DNA of 64,000 bases. Origin: Alphaproteobacteria bacterium (GTDB lineage Bacteria; Pseudomonadota; Alphaproteobacteria; GCA-2731375). The position numbers and the translations under genes are program-made. The stretch spans positions 1,472,001 to 1,536,000 of the forward strand of contig CBDDPY010000002.1 of assembly GCA_965232515.1 (NCBI GenBank), written 5' to 3'. Of the stretch, positions 33,873 through 45,217 are shown piece by piece; position 1 is the stretch's first letter; each line of letters opens with the position of its first letter. The notes below the pieces were generated by a model that worked only from the letters and a program-made list of their open reading frames with translations, did not search any database and was not told the DNA's origin.

Positions 33873-35162
33873 CTACGCCGCCTTCTTCGCGCGGCGGATG
33901 ATCCTGGCCGGCTTCTGGGCCGTGCGGCGCTTGAACTCGGTGGCGCGGATCATCTCGCGGATGCGCGGCTGGATCTCGGTCCGCCAGCGCGTGCCGTTGA
34001 ATACGCCGTAATGGCCGACGCCCGGCTGTACGTAGTGATAATGATCGTCGATCGGTACGTTGACGCAAAGGTCGTGCGCCGCCTCGGTCTGGCCCAGGCC
34101 GCAGATATCGTCTTTCTCGCCCTCGACCGTCATCAGCGCCGTCTTGCGGATCGCGGAGCAATCGACGCGTTCGCCGCGATGCATCATCTTGCCTTCCGGC
34201 AGGGCGTGGTCCTGGAACACCGTCTTCACGGTCTGCAGATAGAACTCCGCCGGCAGGTCCATGACCGCCAGGTATTCTTCATAGAACTTGCGGTGCTGCA
34301 GCACCGAGTCGCCGTCACCCTCGACGAGGTGGTTGTAGAGGTCCCAGTGGGCGTTCACGTGCCGGTCGAGGTTCATGGTCATGAAGCCGCTGAGCTGCAG
34401 GAAGCCCGGATAGACCTTGCGCATGAAGCCGGGATGCGGCCAGGGCACGGTGGAGATTACCGATTTCTCGAACCAGGAGATGTCCCGGGTCATGGCCAGG
34501 CGGTTGACTTCGGTCGGATTGCGGCGGGTATCGATCGGGCCGCCCATCAGCGTCAGTGACGCCGGCTGGAACGGGTCCTTGCGGGCCGCCATCAGGGCCG
34601 TCGCCATCAGCGCCGGCACCGCCGGCTGGCAGACCGCGATGACGTGCGTGTTCGGGCCGAGCCAGCGCACGAAGTCGATGATGTAGTCGATATAGGTATC
34701 GAGATCGAACCGGCCGTCGCTGTACGGCACCATGCGGGCATCGCGCCAGTCGGTGATGTAGAGGTTGTGCTCGGGGATCATCGCCTTCACGGTGCCGCGC
34801 AGCAGCGTCGCGAAGTGACCTGACAATGGCGCGACCAGCAGCACCTTCGGATCGTAGCGCTTGCCGCAAACCCGCTCGTCGCGATCGAAATGCAAAAGAT
34901 CGCAGAATGGCTTCGACAGCACGATCTGCTCTTCCACCGGCACCGGCAGGCCGTGGATCTTGGTCTCTGTGATCCCGAATTCGGGCTTGCCGTAGCGGCG
35001 GGTGACGCTCTCGAACACCTCGCAGGCCGCTGCCATGGGTTTGGCCATCGGCGTATAGAACCAGGGGCTGAAGGGACTGGTGCCGAGATGCTGCATCACT
35101 TGCGAGGCGAGCCGCGCCGGCTTGACCATGGTGTGCATCATTTCGAACGCGTGATACAGCAT
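33873..35162 (-). CDS. phaZ: Intracellular polyhydroxyalkanoate depolymerase
   Basis: APLSGHFATLLR, AVCQP catalytic Cys, MGGPID, VEGEKDDI, GHYGVFNG. Confidence 0.93.
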   Translation of the reverse strand: MLYHAFEMMHTMVKPARLASQVMQHLGTSPFSPWFYTPMAKPMAAACEVFESVTRRYGKPEFGITETKIHGLPVPVEEQIVLSKPFCDLLHFDRDERVCGKRYDPKVLLVAPLSGHFATLLRGTVKAMIPEHNLYITDWRDARMVPYSDGRFDLDTYIDYIIDFVRWLGPNTHVIAVCQPAVPALMATALMAARKDPFQPASLTLMGGPIDTRRNPTEVNRLAMTRDISWFEKSVISTVPWPHPGFMRKVYPGFLQLSGFMTMNLDRHVNAHWDLYNHLVEGDGDSVLQHRKFYEEYLAVMDLPAEFYLQTVKTVFQDHALPEGKMMHRGERVDCSAIRKTALMTVEGEKDDICGLGQTEAAHDLCVNVPIDDHYHYVQPGVGHYGVFNGTRWRTEIQPRIREMIRATEFKRRTAQKPARIIRRAKKAA

Positions 35163-35493
35163 ATGTCGGTGGTCCTGTGAACGATGGAGGGCCGCCCGAC
35201 AGCGTTCCGACCCAAACACATCCGGCACTTACCCGCGGAGGCTGGATGTTAGCGCATTCCATGTTGCAGCGCAAAATCGCGCCCCGCGCCGTGACCGTCT
35301 CGACGGCCAACAGAAGCGGTCATTGCGACGATCGACAATCCTGGTCGGCTGGACCGGCGGCATCACATGGTCATAGACTGAATTGTTTATTTTTTTGGCA
35401 ATCTGCACAAATCGACAGCATAATTCGCACCCAACATGGCGCCGGCGAGAGATCCGCGTTGGAAAACACCCACATTTCTGCGATTTCTCGGCT

Positions 35494-35509
35494 TGGCACG
35501 CCATATGCT
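35494..35509 (+). promoter_or_regulatory. sigma54 (-24/-12) promoter of glnB-glnA
   Basis: TGGCAC-GCCAT-ATGCT matches TGGCAC-N5-TTGCW with exact GG-N10-GC spacing, 65 bp upstream of glnB. Confidence 0.8.
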
Positions 35510-35559
35510 TCTAATGGACGCGTCGCGTCTCGGCGCCGCGACCGGTCGTCACCATCTGA

Positions 35560-35913
<354 letters not shown>

Positions 35914-35974
35914 GGGCTGGCGCTTGCGCATTACTGAATAACCGAACTCTGTCGACAGGAAAGGTTCAACAAGA

Positions 35975-37399
<1,425 letters not shown>

Positions 37400-37436
37400 C
37401 CGGACTTTCACCGATCGGGGCTGGCCCCGTTTAAGC

Positions 37437-37475
37437 GACGGCCGCTTCGAGGGATCGAAGCGGCCGTTGTCTTTT
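37437..37475 (+). terminator. Intrinsic terminator after glnA
   Basis: GACGGCCGCTTCGA-GGGA-TCGAAGCGGCCGTT stem followed by GTCTTTT. Confidence 0.75.
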
Positions 37476-37489
37476 CCGGCAAATCGCGG

Positions 37490-38041
37490 TTAGCGCAAGC
37501 CCAGACGTGCTTCCTTCGCCTTCACCAGCGCCGTGACGACGTCGTTGTACGGCGTGTCGATACCAACGGCGCGCGCGGCAACCGGGATCGCACCGTTGAT
37601 GACGTCGATCTCGGACCGACGGCCATCCAGCAGGTCGAGCAGCATGGACGGCCGGGCGTTGGGGATCTTCTCGCCGAACGCCCGCACGTAGGCGACCGGC
37701 TCGCTGAAATCGAGCGCGATGTTCTTGGCCCGCGCCACCTTATAGGCCTCCGCTGCGCAGCCCGACGCGACCCGCCAGGCGTCGTCGTTGGCCATGACCT
37801 TGCCAACGGTCAGCTCGGTAATGGCGCAGGTGCCGCTAAAGCAGACGTTGCAGATCAGCTTCTCCCAGATCATCCGGTGGATGTCGTCGAAGGTCCGGAC
37901 GTTGAAGCCGGCATCGCGCCAGACCTGCGCCACTTTTTCTAGGCGCGGCGTCACCGGCCCTTCCCGCTCGCCGAGGCGCACCAGCTCCATGCCGTTGTGG
38001 TGCGCATGGCCCGCCCCCTTCATCGACGTGCCGAAACCGCC
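37490..38041 (-). pseudogene. 5'-truncated duplicate of the ketopantoate reductase gene (3' 552 bp)
   Basis: Colinear with 42305-42856 at constant offset 4815; about 20 mismatches by manual count; lacks the N-terminal Rossmann half. Confidence 0.9.
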
Positions 38042-38115
38042 CCGGCTGCTCGACGGCCTCATCAACGGCCAGAAGTTCCGGACCTTTGTAGTGAACCTGC
38101 TATTCCCAACACTTA

Positions 38116-39032
38116 GAGGCTGTCTTGAAACAGGGAGTTGGGGGTGGATGGCCGGTTTCAGATGTGATTCCAAACGGTTGTCTAAGCCTGTTTGGAGAAT
38201 CTCATGTGGACGCCGACCACCCGACGCCAGCATGGCCGCGATCATTTGCGTTATGGAAGCGACCTGAGCGATGCGGAGTGGGAGATTGTCGCCCCGTTCA
38301 TGCCGCCGCCGGCGAGCACAGGCCGGCCCCGGGAATGGCCGATGCGCGAGATCATGAACGCTATCTTCTACGTGCTGCGGGCTGGCTGCGCCTGGCGCAT
38401 GCTGCCGAAGGACTTTCCGCCGATGACGACGGTCTACGGTTGGTTCCTGCGCTTCCGCCGCGAGGGGCTGTTTGAGACCATCAACCACCATCTCGTCATG
38501 CTCGAGCGCGAGCGGGTCGGCAGAGAGGCCAGCCCGTCGGCAGCGGTTATCGACAGCTAGAGCGTCAAGACGGTCGAGGCCGGTGGTCCCAGGGGCTACG
38601 ACGGGGCCAAGAAGATAAAGGGCCGCAAGCGCCATGCCATGGTCGATACCGACGCGCGCGCCCTGGTGATCCAGGCTCACCCGGCCGATGTCCAAGATCG
38701 CGACGGCGCGATCCCCCTGCTTCAGGCATCGCGAAGTTCCTTCCCTTTCCTCGAGCTCGCCTTCGCCGACAGCGCCTACAACGCAGACCGAGTCAGAGAC
38801 GCCACCTCGATCGCCATCAGGGTCGTCAAGAAGATGGCCGATCAGGTTGGTTTCCAGGTCTTGCCAAGACGATGGGTGGTCGAGCGCTTCTTCGCCTGGA
38901 TCAACCGCAATCGACGGCTGGCCAAGGACTTCGAAGCGACAATCGCCTCCGCCGAGGCCTTCCTCTACGCCGCCTCGGTCATGCTCCTAACCCGACGATT
39001 GGCCCGACATGCATGAGTTTCGAGTCGGACTC
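38116..39032 (+). mobile_element. IS5-family insertion sequence (IS1031-like), 917 bp
   Basis: Imperfect 16-bp IRs GAGGCTGTCTTGAAAC / GTTTCGAGTCGGACTC (12/16) and TTA target duplication at 38113-38115 and 39033-39035. Confidence 0.88.
38204..39016 (+). pseudogene. IS5-family transposase with an internal nonsense codon
   Basis: YGSDLSDAEW...GCAWRMLPKDFPP...IDS*SVKT...GRKRH...RWVVER; TAG at 38558-38560 where the family has DSQSVKT; single reading frame. Confidence 0.88.
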
Positions 39033-39309
39033 TTAAGCGTATCGACATCGTCGTCATGGATAATCTGAGCAGCCACAGGGTACTGCAGTATCTCAAGTAA
39101 CCCGAACGGCCAGCACCAAGCTGTTCTCCCCGCCGAAAAACTCGCCTGACCTGAAACGCATCGGGCAGTATTTCGCAAAGCTCAAGCTCCTGCAAAGCAA
39201 GGCCGCCGCCCCTAGCCCAGACACTATCGGCGCAGCTCGCTGTGTACTGCTCGTGATCTTCACGCCGCAGATGAGATCAAAGTCACCATTGAGAATGATG
39301 AGCCGTTCG

Positions 39310-39570
39310 AAGTCCCACTTTCGGGCTTGGGTCTGCCATGGCCGGCATCGACTACCACCTAATCAACCAAACGATCTCTGGACCAATTGACAGGACGAAC
39401 GCTGAACCGAAAAATCACGGAGGCCATCGTCCACCGCTACTATTGCAACAGCCTCGACCAGCGTCGGGGCTAGCTTGCCGGCTTCATCAATGCATACAAC
39501 TTCGCAGAGCAAATCAACATCCTCAAAGATCTTGCGTCCGACGAATACATCTGCAACTCTGAGCTGAAAA
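39310..39570 (+). mobile_element. Degraded IS481-family transposase C-terminal fragment
   Basis: Frameshifted pieces GIDYHL, WTN, EAIVHRYYCNSLDQ, FINAYNF, EYIC resemble the IS481 integrase-core C-terminus. Confidence 0.55.
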
Positions 39571-40015
39571 ATTAAAGTGGTTCGGGCTCGATGAGTTTAA
39601 CGCATGACCAACCCAAATATCAAATCGATCAATCGTGCATCTGCCAATCGCCGACCCTGTCACATTAAATTTTGCACTTGTCTTTGTTCAAGCTAGGATT
39701 ATTGGCAGTAGGAGAGATAAAATGCCCATCTTGTCCAGAATAAGTTCAAATGACAACATCTTTCGAAAAAGAATGATTGGCGCTTCTTAATTTATTTGTA
39801 CTCTAATTCAATGAAAGGTCCACCTTTTTATTTAATGGATTATTGAAAAATCAGACTCCACTGTCGACGGCAAGACGAAAGAGTCAACGGACACATTTTC
39901 ATGAATTGCATGCATGAATGATCAATGCTCCAAAGACGAATTAAGCTCGAGCGAAAACGTGTCTCGAATAACTTCTTAGCAGCCTGCTGGAGCGTTTTCG
40001 ATTGGGGAGGAAACC

Positions 40016-41614
40016 ATGCCCGCAAACATCGAATATGTATCGGCTGGTACAGGCGAGTTTGATAATTTATTTGGTGGCAAAGGCATCATTGTGGACCCTG
40101 CAACGGGTACGTCCATGTTGATCGAAGGAGACGCTGGAATTGGCAAAACCACATTGGCGCTTCAACTAGCAACAACAGCAGTCAGAGAAAACAATACTTC
40201 ATGCCTGTATTATAGCTTTGAGCAGTCGGCTCACGAAATAAAGACGCTTGTCGATATTCACAATTGGGAGGTTCCGACCTCGATAATAAGTTGGCCAGAC
40301 TACCACCTTCCAGACATCAAAAGTCGTTTCACAATAGTTGATGCGCATTCTGTTATTGGTGTTGAATTTGGAGATTCTCTAGACAAAATTGAATCTCACA
40401 CAAAAGCAATTGAAGACAAAGGATTTCCGTCCCCCATTGTGGTGCTCGACAGTATTGGAGCTGTCGAAAACCTCAGAAAAATGGAACGACCTCTCATCAG
40501 CAGACTAATCAGTAAAATGAGACAGTTAGATGCGGTGCTGATCTTAGTTCGTGAACACCATGGCGAACCCGCTGTGTCAGAATATCTTACAAATGTGGTT
40601 ATAGATTTGCAGAAAGAATACACATTACTCGTTAGGCACTCCCTAAATGACACTGGTCAGTTTAGCTTGCCAAGCACGACAATGATGGAAATTAAGAAGG
40701 CGCGAAACCAGAATGCGGATCGAGGACCGCACCGCTATGAGATACGAGGGTCGAAAGATGGAGCCGTTGGTGGAATTTACGTATATCCATCTCTACAGGC
40801 TGTTGCGAAGGCCACCGAGATTAGTGGCCTATCAAGCGATCTAATCGATCGGCATGATCGCGCGCCGTTCGGTGTCCCGGCGCTAGACATGGCGTTAGAT
40901 GATGATGTTAGTGGAGCAGCAAGTCATCCAAGGCACTACAGCACAGCGGATGATCGAAGTAGGGGAATGCTGCGCGGGCAGAGTTTACTTGTTAAAGGAC
41001 CGCCCGGAAGCTTGAAGACCGAGCTGGGCATTCGATTTTTGCTCGAAGGCCTCAGAAATTCCCAGGTGGAGCGGGCTTTGTTTGTTAGCTGCAGGCTGGA
41101 TCGGATAGCGCTGCAAGATCTGCAGCTATATCGCGATGACGACGAGAAAGCAGAGTTCATGGAACGCCTGCAATTTGTCGATGCTCGTCACCCATACATG
41201 GCGCCAGAACAAACGATGTCGAAGATAAAGGAGGCAGTTGAAGGGAATTTCGGAGCGAACTGCCAACAACAACCAATCGAGCGCGCGGTGATATTTGGTA
41301 TAGGAATGCTAGATACGCTGCCTGCTTTTCAGCGCGACTCATTACCATTTCTACAAGTGCTGATTGCATATTTTCGAAGCCGGCGGATTAGTGGCGTTTT
41401 CATTGATTGGCCACGACCGGACGTCGATCGAAGTACTCAGCTACTTCGACCCACGGAGCTAGCCGGCGAGTTTGTAGCCGGTGCCATAGATATACGCGAA
41501 GCTGATAAGAAGTTGATACTAACTAGGAAGAATCATCGCTTTATTGACAGAGAATTAGGTTACCTTCGACTCGAAGATGGTGAGCTAATAATGGACGATG
41601 AAGTCTCAAAATGA
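40016..41614 (+). CDS. Two-domain KaiC/RAD55-type RecA-superfamily ATPase
   Basis: Domain 1: G...FDNLFGG, GDAGIGKT, SFEQ, VVLDS, KKAR. Domain 2: FGVPALD, GPPGSLKT. RBS GGAGG; visibly AT-rich relative to the host. Confidence 0.8.
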   Translation: MPANIEYVSAGTGEFDNLFGGKGIIVDPATGTSMLIEGDAGIGKTTLALQLATTAVRENNTSCLYYSFEQSAHEIKTLVDIHNWEVPTSIISWPDYHLPDIKSRFTIVDAHSVIGVEFGDSLDKIESHTKAIEDKGFPSPIVVLDSIGAVENLRKMERPLISRLISKMRQLDAVLILVREHHGEPAVSEYLTNVVIDLQKEYTLLVRHSLNDTGQFSLPSTTMMEIKKARNQNADRGPHRYEIRGSKDGAVGGIYVYPSLQAVAKATEISGLSSDLIDRHDRAPFGVPALDMALDDDVSGAASHPRHYSTADDRSRGMLRGQSLLVKGPPGSLKTELGIRFLLEGLRNSQVERALFVSCRLDRIALQDLQLYRDDDEKAEFMERLQFVDARHPYMAPEQTMSKIKEAVEGNFGANCQQQPIERAVIFGIGMLDTLPAFQRDSLPFLQVLIAYFRSRRISGVFIDWPRPDVDRSTQLLRPTELAGEFVAGAIDIREADKKLILTRKNHRFIDRELGYLRLEDGELIMDDEVSK

Positions 41615-42084
41615 ATGACTATATTTCATTTAAAGACGTTTTGCCGCTACTCACATTCATCGCGGGTTATGTACTTAGCACCACGCATCGATGGTATGAC
41701 AAGACGGTTGAAAGAAAAAGCATAAGAATCCTTCTTAAAATGGAATTATCACAAAATATTCAAATAATAAAAGAAGGAATTAGCGCAAAAAATATTAAAT
41801 TTTTACCAATAATTAACTCTCTTTCGTCTACAATTTACGAAAATTCATTAAACCGCCTATCATTATTGAATCGTGATGAAATAGTCATTGTTTTTAAAGC
41901 ATATGAAAATATACACAAATGCACACAGCATTATGATCTAATAGCGGAGTTCTTAGGAAAAGAAGCAGCGACAGAGACCGAAAAAAAGAATAGGGATCGC
42001 TTAATTGAGATGCTAATGAGTAATCTTGAGGCTGCTTTGTCCTCGAATCAACAAGCTCATAATGCAATGCAGATGAGACATTAA
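41611..42084 (+). CDS. Hypothetical protein with an N-terminal TM helix
   Basis: ATGA overlap with the ATPase stop; hydrophobic VLPLLTFIAGYVLS; very AT-rich. Confidence 0.7.
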   Translation: MNDYISFKDVLPLLTFIAGYVLSTTHRWYDKTVERKSIRILLKMELSQNIQIIKEGISAKNIKFLPIINSLSSTIYENSLNRLSLLNRDEIVIVFKAYENIHKCTQHYDLIAEFLGKEAATETEKKNRDRLIEMLMSNLEAALSSNQQAHNAMQMRH

Positions 42085-42304
42085 GCCGTTAATACAATAT
42101 AGCATGTCTAAAAATCAACACTTTGTCCGATTGGAAAAAACCCATTCAGTACGGTCAAAAAAACATAGACCGGATATCACAACGAAACAATGATCATCAC
42201 TCTAATCTCATTAGAATTCGGCTAAGTTCGCTTGCCAAGCCATACAAATTGGGATTCATTTCTGAGCTCGTGAAAGACGCCCTATAGTCGTCGAAAAATG
42301 AGCG

Positions 42305-43231
42305 CTAACGCAAGCCCAGACGCACTTCCTTCGCCTTCACCAGCGCCGTGACGACGTCGTTGTACGGCGTGTCGATACCAACGGCGCGCGCGGCAACCGG
42401 GATCGCACCGTTGATGACGTCGATCTCGGACCGACGGCCATCCAGCAGGTCGAGCAGCATGGACGGCCGGGCGTTGGGGATCTTCTCGCCGAACGCCCGC
42501 ACGTAGGCGACCGGCTCGCTGAAATCGAGCGCGATGTTCTTGGCCCGCGCTACCTTATAGGCCTCCGCTGCGCAGCCCGACGCGACCCGCCAGGCGTCGT
42601 CGTTGGCCATGATCTCGCCAACGGTCAGTTCGGTAATGGCGCAGGTGCCGCTGAAGCAGACGTTGCAGATCAGCTTCTCCCAGATCATCCGGTGGATGTC
42701 GTCGAAGGTCCGGACGTTGAAGCCGGCATCGCGCCAGACCTGCGCCGCATTTTCGAGGCGCGGCGTCACCGGCCCTTCCCGCTCGCCGAGGCGGACCAGC
42801 TCCATGCCGTTGTGATGCGCATGCCCCGGACCTTTCATCGACGCGCCGAAGCCGCCGACGACGCCGATCGTGACGCGCTCCGGGCCCAACGCGTCAGCCA
42901 CCTTGTCGGCGCTGCCGAGACCGTTCTGGATGGTCAGCACGGTCGTATCGGCGCCGATCAGGTCGCGGACGTCGGCCGCCGCCTTTTCCACATGCATGGC
43001 CTTGGTGGCGATGATCACCATGTCGCACGGTCCCGCGTCGGCCGCCGACGTCGTGGCCTTGAGGCGCACCGTGCGGTCGCCGCTCGCCCCCTCCACACGC
43101 AAGCCGCGCTCGTTCATGGCCGCCACGTGTTCGGGCCAGGCGTCGATGGCCCAGACCTCGTTGCCGGCGTCGGCCAGCAACGCGGCATAGACCGAACCCA
43201 TCGCCCCGGTGCCGACGACGGCGATTTTCAT
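42305..43231 (-). CDS. Ketopantoate reductase (PanE/ApbA) family protein
   Basis: GTGAMG, IATKA, TIQNGLG, WEKLICN, SMLLD...RSEIDVING. Confidence 0.9.
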   Translation of the reverse strand: MKIAVVGTGAMGSVYAALLADAGNEVWAIDAWPEHVAAMNERGLRVEGASGDRTVRLKATTSAADAGPCDMVIIATKAMHVEKAAADVRDLIGADTTVLTIQNGLGSADKVADALGPERVTIGVVGGFGASMKGPGHAHHNGMELVRLGEREGPVTPRLENAAQVWRDAGFNVRTFDDIHRMIWEKLICNVCFSGTCAITELTVGEIMANDDAWRVASGCAAEAYKVARAKNIALDFSEPVAYVRAFGEKIPNARPSMLLDLLDGRRSEIDVINGAIPVAARAVGIDTPYNDVVTALVKAKEVRLGLR

Positions 43232-44100
43232 GCCGGTCGGTCGCCAGCGAGTGTGATCCGGTGCAGGACGCGGCGATAGCCGTGATAGTCGTTCACCGGA
43301 TTGTGCTGAGCGCAGCGGTTATCCCAGAACGCGAACGAGCCCGGCTGCCAGCGGAAGCGGCAGCAGAACTCGGGCTTGATCTGATGCTGGAACAGATAGT
43401 CCAGGATCGGCGCGCTCTCGGCCGGCGTCATGCCCTTGAAGGCGACGGTATGGGCGGTATTGACGAACAACGCCTTGCGGCCGGTCTCGGGATGGGTGCG
43501 AACGGCCGGATGTTCGCCGGCGAGCGCCTGACCGACGCTCTCGGTGCCGCGCGCCTTGATCGCGTCGGCGCGCGTCCGGGCGACATCGGCCTTGTCGGAC
43601 GTGTTCACGGCGATCAGGCCATCGAGCAGCGCCTTCATGCCGTCGGACAGCGTCTCGTAGGCGAGATACTGGTTGGCGAACAGCGTGTCGCCGCCGACCG
43701 GCGGCAGTTCCAGCGCATAAAGCATGGTCCCCATGGGCGGTTCGGCCTGGTAGACGGTGTCCGAGTGCCAGATGCCGCCGAAATTGTCCCGCTCGTGTTC
43801 GAGCTTGACCACCGGGATGATGAACGGATAGCCGTCGAGGCCCTTGACGAACGGATATTCGGCCGGCTCGCCGAACCGTGACGCCAGGTCCATGAACTGC
43901 GCCGAGGTCAGGTCCTGATCGCGAAAGAACACCACCAGGTGCTCGAGCAGGGCCGCGCGGATCTCCGCCGTGACATCAGCCGATAGCGGCTGCGAGAGAT
44001 CGACATCGCCGATCTCGGCGCCGATCGCCGTGGTCAGCGGCCGGACGTCGATATGGCGATAGTCGGCGCGGGGTTCGGCCAGGGTTTGTTGCTCGGACAT
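43228..44100 (-). CDS. TauD/TfdA family Fe(II)/2-oxoglutarate dioxygenase
   Basis: WHSD, GGDTLF, HPAVRTHPETGRK, WDNRCAQH. Confidence 0.93.
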   Translation of the reverse strand: MSEQQTLAEPRADYRHIDVRPLTTAIGAEIGDVDLSQPLSADVTAEIRAALLEHLVVFFRDQDLTSAQFMDLASRFGEPAEYPFVKGLDGYPFIIPVVKLEHERDNFGGIWHSDTVYQAEPPMGTMLYALELPPVGGDTLFANQYLAYETLSDGMKALLDGLIAVNTSDKADVARTRADAIKARGTESVGQALAGEHPAVRTHPETGRKALFVNTAHTVAFKGMTPAESAPILDYLFQHQIKPEFCCRFRWQPGSFAFWDNRCAQHNPVNDYHGYRRVLHRITLAGDRPA

Positions 44101-44176
44101 TGGCTTGCCGATCCGTTGATTGATTGTCTTTCGCGCATGATCGCGCCAATCAACCCGGTTCGGCAATCCCCCGCCA

Positions 44177-45136
44177 TCAGAGGCGGCGTCGGAAGCTCCG
44201 CACCAGCGCCCGAAATTCGACGAGCAGCTCGTCGCGCCTGATGTCCGGGCCGATGCCGACCATCTGGTAGAGCTGGCAGTCGTCGAACAGCGTGACCTGG
44301 TAGACCAGCGTCGACGCACCGTTGCCGGCGCTGGCCGCCGATGCGACCAGTTCGTCGCCGCTCAGGCTGTCGACGCTGGCGGCGGCCCGCGACGTCACCT
44401 CGACATCCCGCACGGCCCTGATCCGCCCCAGCAACGCTTCGGCGAAGGCCAGGCGGTCGTCGCCGGCTTGCGCGCAGGCGTCCGCCGGCGGCGCGGTGAT
44501 AATGAAGACCGGCGCATTGCCGCGCTGCGTCGGGCTCAGCGACGGATCGCTCAGCGCCACGCCATAGCCGCCGATCACCTTCGGGTCGCCGAAGCCGGGG
44601 CGCTGCTCGAACACGAACGGCAGGCCGGCCAGCTGGTCGATCTCGCCGGTGTTGAGGTTGAGCCCCAGCAGCGCCGTGCGAATGGCTTTGAGGCCAGCGC
44701 TGCTCGCGCCGTCCTGCGGCGCCGTGAACACCACCATGACGGTGGCCCGCGGACTGCCGAGAACAAGGAACTGCTTGGCGTAGCGCGTGCCGCCCGCCGT
44801 CTGTACCGCGTCCACGTAGATGCCGGGATGGCCGTCGACGCGCACCTGCTCGCTCTGCACATTCGAGATCGCGCGGGTCGCGAGGTTCTCCGGCGTCATC
44901 GCCGTGCTCAGCTGACCATAGGCCTCGGGCGGAAACTCGGTGACGACGATCGAGGCGCCGGTGCGCCGGTCCTCGAAACCGGCGAAGCTGCGGCTCGGCG
45001 TCATGCCGCTGGGCGGCTCCAGGCTGACGCGGGTGCCGGGCACCGCCTGCCGCTCGGCCGCGACCGCCGCGAATCCGGCAACGAAGATAACGGCGAACAT
45101 CGCCATCGCGGCGAGGCCGTGGCGCGTCAGCGGCAT
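44177..45136 (-). CDS. Exported hypothetical protein
   Basis: Signal peptide; two loosely similar halves (VDGHPG / VDSLSG). Confidence 0.65.
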   Translation of the reverse strand: MPLTRHGLAAMAMFAVIFVAGFAAVAAERQAVPGTRVSLEPPSGMTPSRSFAGFEDRRTGASIVVTEFPPEAYGQLSTAMTPENLATRAISNVQSEQVRVDGHPGIYVDAVQTAGGTRYAKQFLVLGSPRATVMVVFTAPQDGASSAGLKAIRTALLGLNLNTGEIDQLAGLPFVFEQRPGFGDPKVIGGYGVALSDPSLSPTQRGNAPVFIITAPPADACAQAGDDRLAFAEALLGRIRAVRDVEVTSRAAASVDSLSGDELVASAASAGNGASTLVYQVTLFDDCQLYQMVGIGPDIRRDELLVEFRALVRSFRRRL

Positions 45137-45217
45137 GGGGTCTCCAATTCGAGATGTCGTATGGCGGGCGGAATGGCTAGCAGCACTTCATGTCAGATGT
45201 ATTGCATTTTACGCACG

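Larger units (their letters stand above)
38042..39200 (+). mobile_element. IS630-family transposase remnant, interrupted by an IS5-family element
   Basis: Removing 38116-39035 joins LLDGLINGQKFRTFVVNLLFPTL to KRIDIVVMDNLSSHR; later SPDLKRIGQYFAKLK resembles IS630 DNLSSHK...SPDLNPIE..FAKLK. Confidence 0.75.

Noticed and set aside
35404-35443. Possible NtrC sites upstream of the glnB sigma54 promoter
   Set aside because: Only half-matches to TGCAC-N7-GTGCA; plausible but too weak to call.
38558-38560. In-frame TAG as possible pyrrolysine or programmed readthrough
   Set aside because: It falls on a conserved Gln (CAG to TAG transition) in a transposase; simple inactivation is more parsimonious. 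The same reasoning applies to the TGA at 57370.
37490-38695. 401-aa ORF that looks like a novel N-terminal fusion to ketopantoate reductase
   Set aside because: Its N-terminal half is the antisense of the IS5 and IS630 sequence; a chance read-through into the duplicated fragment.
40016-41614. Circadian clock kaiC
   Set aside because: No kaiA or kaiB, degenerate second domain, and no evident phosphosite pair.
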